Virus record (IMG/VR): IMGVR_UViG_3300030085_001980
Direction: 5' to 3' (one strand)
Length of the DNA stretch: 64,000 nt
Source of the DNA: a virus
The number at the start of each line of letters is the position of its first letter. Within the stretch, counting starts at the first letter, position 1. Shown here piece by piece: positions 58,682-64,000 of the stretch. The translations under genes and the position numbers were made by a program. The notes beneath the pieces are model-generated. The model was given only the letters and a program-made list of their open reading frames with translations, searched no databases and was not told the origin of the DNA.

Positions 58682-61600
58682 TAAGTTGCGTCCTCAATAA
58701 TAAAGCGATAGTCTCTGAACTGTGAGTTCTTAGAGCGACTAAGATTACTATACCATATCGTGCTGGTATTGTCGTGGGACTCTTGATACATTGCCCACTT
58801 TGCTGTACGTGAAATGGTATCAGTCTCAGCATTCCTGATCTTAATCTTCTTAGGTAGATTAGTTTGCTCAGGGTTGTATGGGGTGCTGTCATCCCAGTAT
58901 TCGTAGATGCTATCAGCACGCTCAGGATATTCTACACGAGTCTCCTGACCATCAATGTAACCATAACCACGTTGCCGTACACTGTCAACAGTCCACCTAA
59001 ACTGATAACCAACATTTGTTTCGGGTTGTCCATTGTCTATAAGTTCTTCCTTATAGATCAACTCTGCTCGCATTCTAACCTTGGCGAGTTGATTGGTAGT
59101 AGGACCTTCTAATACAAAGTCGTGATAGAAGTAAACAGGTTCGTTGTTTGCATTCTTAACTCTCCAATAGGATGCCAAAGTAATAGGTTCACCATTGAAA
59201 TTAGACACTGAACTAGAACTATCGTTGAGATCAGTAGTAAACAATGCGTTCACCAAATTATTCACACAAGAATCATAGTACGTAGAGTTGAGTGACATAG
59301 CAGTCACCATCTCAACAGGTGGAACAATACCAAAGTCACCATCTTCAGCAGATTCTCTACGTGAACCAAATGAGAACGTGTTCAGTCTACCTGTGGGTGC
59401 ACACTCACTACCATCAATGGTGTCAATACGTACGCCCTGGTTGAACTTCTTACCAGTCTTTTTGTTTGTACCAACCCACCACTTCTGCAGTTCGCCAGCA
59501 GAATATCCACCAGCAGATTGATCATACACATAGATGACCTTATAGCGGATACCTCCACCACCTTCACCAACAGTGAACTCACCATTACAATCATTGCCAT
59601 CAGTATCTTTCAAGCAAACGAGAGTATTATTATTCTTGACTGTGAATCCACCTGCGTTACCATTGTAAGTTACGTTGGTGGTTCCTGGTCCAAGAGTAAT
59701 AGTTTTGGTAGTGGCACCACTGTTGGAATTATTTCCACGATTCCAGGTAACGGTATTACCATCAGCACCAACTGCTGTGATGTCAGTGATTGCTAGACCA
59801 GCAGTCCTAACATTATCATCCCACTTTAGTTTGACAGCAATGGTTACATTGTTAGGAGTACCGTTGACAAAATCACCATTACTATCGAATACGATTGCAG
59901 AAGAACTAGACAACTGACTAGCACTCAACGCTTCATACCGTATCTGCATTGACAATCCTTTCTTGACAGTACGGATCATAACTCCAGTGTCACCATCTTT
60001 CAGTTTCAAACCACCTGAAACGTACTCTGGACGGTTGGTTGTCTCCAACCAGTTACCAGTAACTCCAGAACCATCAACCCAAGCAACAACGCTGTTGCTT
60101 CTGTCACGGAGATCGACGAGTGAGATCTGTCCAGGTTTACCACAGTCAGCAGAAGTGCTGGAAACACCGTGAGATACTGTTGTGAGCATACATTCCCAGG
60201 TAGAGAAGATGTCACCAGAAGTCTCATCCTTCAGAGAGAATGCAGGTGTAGCACTAGCATTGTAGTGTCCCGACTTAATAGACTCAAGTTCAAAGGTAAT
60301 ATCATCACCCTCTGCAACTGAGAATGTATGGAACACCTCTCCAATCTTTCTCCAGTCTTCTACTTTAGATGTTTCACTGTAAATCTCGGTGCCATTCTTC
60401 TGTAGATTCCATTTGAATTTGATGCACTCACCATATCCACCAGTCATACCACCGTGGGATCTAATCGATACAGTTCCACCCTTCTTAGCAGTGATTGTTT
60501 GTACCTTGTTCCTACGGGTTTGATACTTACCTTCGCATTTACCACAACCAAATCCCTCTTCAGTGACTTGACCACAACCTTCGCGGGTCATCTGTACGTC
60601 AGAGAATCCAGCAGGTTCAAAGATACGACCTTCACATTGATCTGCATATGAAAGATCCTCATACTCAGGAACAATCAAATCCTCAAACACATAGCACTGG
60701 ATCCCCTCATAGAACCAGTCGCTACCAGCATAATTCAGACGATATGAAATCTTCACATCATCATAATCATCATCACCGTTCTTAAGATCTTCCCAGTATT
60801 GCCACCAACGAGAAGTCCACTTGGTGAAATCTTTTTTGTCCCAATTCAATCTCTTTTCAGAGAAGAACGATAGGTCATCCTCTGCACTATCCAAGTTGGT
60901 TCTCCAACCATTACCAGTCTCAGAGAATGACAGATTATCTCCTTCACTAACACCGCTGTTCTCCTCATCACCATCGGGTATTAAAACAAAACCAAGTCTG
61001 CACGGAACGTACTGATTAAGTGTTGCCTGGGGGATAGTATATGATTTGTATCCTGTTGCATCAGTTGCATTAGGAAGGACTACCTGACCATACACAGGAT
61101 CTCCATCACTGTTAGTCAAATAATAACCAAATGTATTTTTATATCCTGCCGAACCACGCTCACAGTTGAACTCGATCTTAAGGTCTGCCTCAACTTCGTG
61201 TCTGATATTATAATATCCCTTGCGAAGGTTTGCCTCCAGAGGAGCACCACCAATCGGAGTTAGAGTATATCTATGATCTTGATCAACTGGATTGTAATAT
61301 CTATAGAGGGGTGCTGCTTTCTCACCCTCACCTAAGGCACTAATAATATCACTCTTTTCCTTATAAACGTATCCAATGACTTGATCACGTGGACCCATAC
61401 CAGCAGAATCCATAGTAGATTTTTCACCAGCAGGATCTGTAGTGAGCATAGTGTCCTGAGTGCTGCTGCTGTATGCAACGTACAGAGGAACGGACTTGGG
61501 TTGTTCCTCTAGGTGAAGATAGAACGTTGCTCCTGGTGATGTGATATATCCTGGTGGAGTATTCTCGTCAAGAGAGTATCGATGATTATATGCACCATCA

Positions 61601-62220
61601 ACTGCACCACCCTGACTCACGTGCTCAAAGACAGGAGTCCTGAGAGGCACGCAGTTGCGGACACAGATCTTGTTAGTGACACCGAAGGAACTCTTAGGTG
61701 AAAAGACATCACAGTCCGCTGCAGGGGGTTTCCAGGCACCTCCTGCGTAGGGTCTGAAGATACAATCAATATGATCCTTGATGCACTGCTGGAACGCAAA
61801 GTCTTCCTCACACTGCACAGCAGAGCGAGTGTCTTCACCATCATTCAAACAGACACCACCAGAGTTCGGGTCTCCAGCATTAGGAAACTGAAATTGAACT
61901 TTGGTTGGTGCGTTAGGAGGATCCATACCAAGATCTCTCAGACGATCAAACAGGAAACCGAAGTCGTACGTCTGAGGTGGAGTGGATACAAATGAGTCAT
62001 CACCCTCAGGGACAAAGTTCCTGATCGTCTGAGGTGCTGTAGATGGATAGCACTGTCCAAGCAGGTTCTCAATGACCTGATTGACAGTCTTCTCAGCAGG
62101 AGTTGTACCATCAGCACCTGTATTTACTGGACCGCCACCAGAGGGTACCTCCTGTTGACCAGCATTAGGATCATCGTTGGGATCACAATTCTGTTGAAAC
62201 CAACCATTATCACCAGACAT
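58681..62220 (-). CDS. Large virion structural protein with DUF4114-like domain and PLY..Y..DHRYT repeats
   Basis: SAGYKNTFGYY...LGFVLIPDG...FFSE..LN.D...WEDL..GD.DYDD; GATAAATA late promoter at 62248-62255. Confidence 0.8.
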   Translation of the reverse strand: MSGDNGWFQQNCDPNDDPNAGQQEVPSGGGPVNTGADGTTPAEKTVNQVIENLLGQCYPSTAPQTIRNFVPEGDDSFVSTPPQTYDFGFLFDRLRDLGMDPPNAPTKVQFQFPNAGDPNSGGVCLNDGEDTRSAVQCEEDFAFQQCIKDHIDCIFRPYAGGAWKPPAADCDVFSPKSSFGVTNKICVRNCVPLRTPVFEHVSQGGAVDGAYNHRYSLDENTPPGYITSPGATFYLHLEEQPKSVPLYVAYSSSTQDTMLTTDPAGEKSTMDSAGMGPRDQVIGYVYKEKSDIISALGEGEKAAPLYRYYNPVDQDHRYTLTPIGGAPLEANLRKGYYNIRHEVEADLKIEFNCERGSAGYKNTFGYYLTNSDGDPVYGQVVLPNATDATGYKSYTIPQATLNQYVPCRLGFVLIPDGDEENSGVSEGDNLSFSETGNGWRTNLDSAEDDLSFFSEKRLNWDKKDFTKWTSRWWQYWEDLKNGDDDYDDVKISYRLNYAGSDWFYEGIQCYVFEDLIVPEYEDLSYADQCEGRIFEPAGFSDVQMTREGCGQVTEEGFGCGKCEGKYQTRRNKVQTITAKKGGTVSIRSHGGMTGGYGECIKFKWNLQKNGTEIYSETSKVEDWRKIGEVFHTFSVAEGDDITFELESIKSGHYNASATPAFSLKDETSGDIFSTWECMLTTVSHGVSSTSADCGKPGQISLVDLRDRSNSVVAWVDGSGVTGNWLETTNRPEYVSGGLKLKDGDTGVMIRTVKKGLSMQIRYEALSASQLSSSSAIVFDSNGDFVNGTPNNVTIAVKLKWDDNVRTAGLAITDITAVGADGNTVTWNRGNNSNSGATTKTITLGPGTTNVTYNGNAGGFTVKNNNTLVCLKDTDGNDCNGEFTVGEGGGGIRYKVIYVYDQSAGGYSAGELQKWWVGTNKKTGKKFNQGVRIDTIDGSECAPTGRLNTFSFGSRRESAEDGDFGIVPPVEMVTAMSLNSTYYDSCVNNLVNALFTTDLNDSSSSVSNFNGEPITLASYWRVKNANNEPVYFYHDFVLEGPTTNQLAKVRMRAELIYKEELIDNGQPETNVGYQFRWTVDSVRQRGYGYIDGQETRVEYPERADSIYEYWDDSTPYNPEQTNLPKKIKIRNAETDTISRTAKWAMYQESHDNTSTIWYSNLSRSKNSQFRDYRFIIEDAT

Positions 62221-62246
62221 ATTATTTTAGTATGTGTTTCTCAAAG

Positions 62247-62486
62247 TTATTTATCAGGTGCTTGAGAAGGTACGATCGGATCACGTGAGCGATTCTTGAT
62301 AACAATGAAGGCATCCTTGTTGTACTTACGTGTACCTTTGACAGGTGCCCACTTGGTGCCAGCACCATCGATTTCATAGACGGATGTTCCACCAACTTGT
62401 AGAACAATATCGTCATTACGTACATCCCATCCAAGTTCTGCGACTAGGTTCCACAAGTCGTCTTGGGTAAATTTTGCATCAGTCAT
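62247..62486 (-). CDS. Conserved hypothetical protein
   Basis: GAGGAG RBS before MTDAKF; GGTSVYEIDGAGTKWAP.KGTRKYNKDAFIVIKN. Confidence 0.75.
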   Translation of the reverse strand: MTDAKFTQDDLWNLVAELGWDVRNDDIVLQVGGTSVYEIDGAGTKWAPVKGTRKYNKDAFIVIKNRSRDPIVPSQAPDK

Positions 62487-62520
62487 AACATTCTCCTCGG
62501 GTTCAAGATTACCGTGCATT

Positions 62521-62543
62521 AAAAAGGGGGTCAAACGACCCCC
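62521..62543 (-). terminator. Rho-independent terminator
   Basis: GGGGGTC-GTTT-GACCCCC-TTTTT. Confidence 0.8.
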
Positions 62544-62556
62544 AAAGTATAGCGTA

Positions 62557-63591
62557 TCAGGCAAATAATTGCGAGAGATCGCCTTGTTCATTTAGTGTGA
62601 GATCACCCACAGTCACATAGTTGTGAGCGTAATCAGCAGGTTTGTTGATACGTACCTGCTTCTTATCAGCAAGGAACTTCTCAATGCAATACAGCAACCA
62701 GGGCACAGTGCAGTCCAGGTTGTCCTGACCTTTGAACTTCGTGTTCTTGTTTACGAAGATCTCATTACGATCCCACTCAACAACAATGTGAGTGACACCA
62801 TCGAAACACTTCTTGAGATCACGAGTGTCTGCTGCCTTACGATCGATATACTGGAGCGCAGTGTTAAGTCGATCGTTGTTCTCGCCGTGCTTCTTGATTG
62901 CAAGAAGTGCAGCACAGATGAGGTGCTGGTCCCAACTCTTGGCATCCTGCATAAACTTATCCAGGTGCTTGAGTTCGGGAAGGAACGTACCAATCTGACC
63001 AACAACCTCAATGGGTTTGGCAGATGACTGCTGGAAAGGATAGTTTTCATTGTCAAAATACTGACACGCTTTATGCAGTGCAGTAAGGATTTGACCCTTC
63101 AGCAGTTTGGTGCTGGTAGGTGTCCAACGGTAGTTACCAACGAAGATACCGTACACCTTTTCTTGGTTACGCTCTACACTATCAGCAGAGTCGAAGGTGT
63201 TGTAAGACTTTTGGATGCGCTCACAGGAATCGAAAGCGAATTCGATATTGAACACGTGGTCGGGAATGAAATCCGAACCACCATCCTCCCAGTTCTTAGC
63301 ACGGGTGTTGGAGTCTAGACGCCAGCGTTGTCCTGCCTTGTACTTCTTACCGAAAATAGAATCGTCCTTGGTAAGACGTGCAGTGAACACAATCGTATGT
63401 TCAGGCAGTAGTGCAGCGAGATGTTTACGTGCACGAGACAGTCGTGCATCAGTGTTCCGTTGACAGAACACTTCAGGAATAGCGCGATACTCCTCAAAGG
63501 GCATCCAATCCCCAGAGATGACTCCGCTATCCTTAAAAGGCATAAACGGCACAGGAATGCCGTCGTCCTTCAGGACAGGTGAATTTAGCAT
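62557..63591 (-). CDS. ParB/Srx-like domain protein (344 aa)
   Basis: QRN...R, RLDSNTR (LDG.HR-like), YNTFDS motif; AAGGA RBS before MLNSPV. Confidence 0.55.
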   Translation of the reverse strand: MLNSPVLKDDGIPVPFMPFKDSGVISGDWMPFEEYRAIPEVFCQRNTDARLSRARKHLAALLPEHTIVFTARLTKDDSIFGKKYKAGQRWRLDSNTRAKNWEDGGSDFIPDHVFNIEFAFDSCERIQKSYNTFDSADSVERNQEKVYGIFVGNYRWTPTSTKLLKGQILTALHKACQYFDNENYPFQQSSAKPIEVVGQIGTFLPELKHLDKFMQDAKSWDQHLICAALLAIKKHGENNDRLNTALQYIDRKAADTRDLKKCFDGVTHIVVEWDRNEIFVNKNTKFKGQDNLDCTVPWLLYCIEKFLADKKQVRINKPADYAHNYVTVGDLTLNEQGDLSQLFA

Positions 63592-63667
63592 AGATTTTTT
63601 CCTTGTTGAAACTCCAAGGCATACGAAGCGGGCGATGATGTCCCTGGTATGTCTTGTGAACGAACAA

Positions 63668-63696
63668 ATTATATAGCAAAAAAAGAAGGGTGTCAA
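63668..63696 (-). promoter_or_regulatory. Perfect consensus sigma70 promoter
   Basis: TTGACA-17 nt-TATAAT. Confidence 0.85.
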
Positions 63697-63720
63697 CTGG
63701 ATTTTGCCAGTAACACCCTT
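63678..63720 (-). terminator. psbD terminator
   Basis: AAGGGTGT-TACTGG/CCAGT-TG-ACACCCTT hairpin followed by T7. Confidence 0.75.
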
Positions 63721-63745
63721 TGCGGCGACGATATGTTTTATTTAT

Positions 63746-64000
63746 TTACAGAGCGTTGCCACGTGGCAGAACTTCTTCAGGGAAGACAAAGTTCTCGTGA
63801 GGTTGATCAACTGGTGCCAACCAGGTACGTAGACCTTCGTTCAGAAGGATATTCTTCGTATAGAACGTCTCAAATTCAGGATCTTCTGCCGCCCTGATCT
63901 CCTGCGATACAAAATCGTAAGCACGAAGATTGAGAGCAAGACCAATGATTCCAATAGAAGAGGTCCAAAGACCCATAACAGGTACAAACAGCATAAAGAA
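63746..64000 (-). CDS. psbD: Photosystem II D2 protein, 3' end (partial)
   Basis: [14 protein letters not shown]...[57 protein letters not shown]. Confidence 0.98.
   Translation of the reverse strand, partial: FFMLFVPVMGLWTSSIGIIGLALNLRAYDFVSQEIRAAEDPEFETFYTKNILLNEGLRTWLAPVDQPHENFVFPEEVLPRGNAL

Noticed and set aside
63746-64000. Intron or homing endonuclease within psbD
   Set aside because: The visible portion is uninterrupted and matches the D2 C-terminus.

Overview
The window is a 64 kb segment of a T4-like marine cyanomyovirus (Kyanoviridae-type, probably infecting Synechococcus), with nearly all genes on the minus strand. In transcription order (right to left) it carries: the 3' end of psbD; a ParB-like gene under a perfect sigma70 promoter; a large DUF4114-type virion protein; a replication and metabolism block (glutaredoxin, rnh, thyX, phoH, exonuclease, gp33, gp32); the baseplate and tail module (gp53, gp48, gp4, gp2, gp54-like, gp26, gp51, two tape-measure/hub-like proteins, gp27-like, gp5) interspersed with cp12, cpeT and three tRNAs (Val, Thr, Ala); and four to five tail-fibre or structural genes. 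Next comes a roughly 13 kb gap-free run with two flavin-dependent halogenases, seven 2OG-Fe(II) oxygenase-fold genes and a CpeS-type lyase. An early small-ORF region follows, with six promoters that share a palindromic upstream element, a DEAD-box helicase and a PvuII-like endonuclease. The left end has a DnaA-box-like cluster, an HNH gene, an NlpC/P60 gene and the 5' part of another virion protein. The strongest leads are a candidate -1 programmed frameshift fusing gp26 to gp51 directly upstream of the tape-measure-like genes, the halogenase/oxygenase operon fused to tail-fibre genes, the palindromic early-promoter regulon, and the orphan PvuII-like nuclease. All family calls come from motif recognition by eye; no database searches were run.
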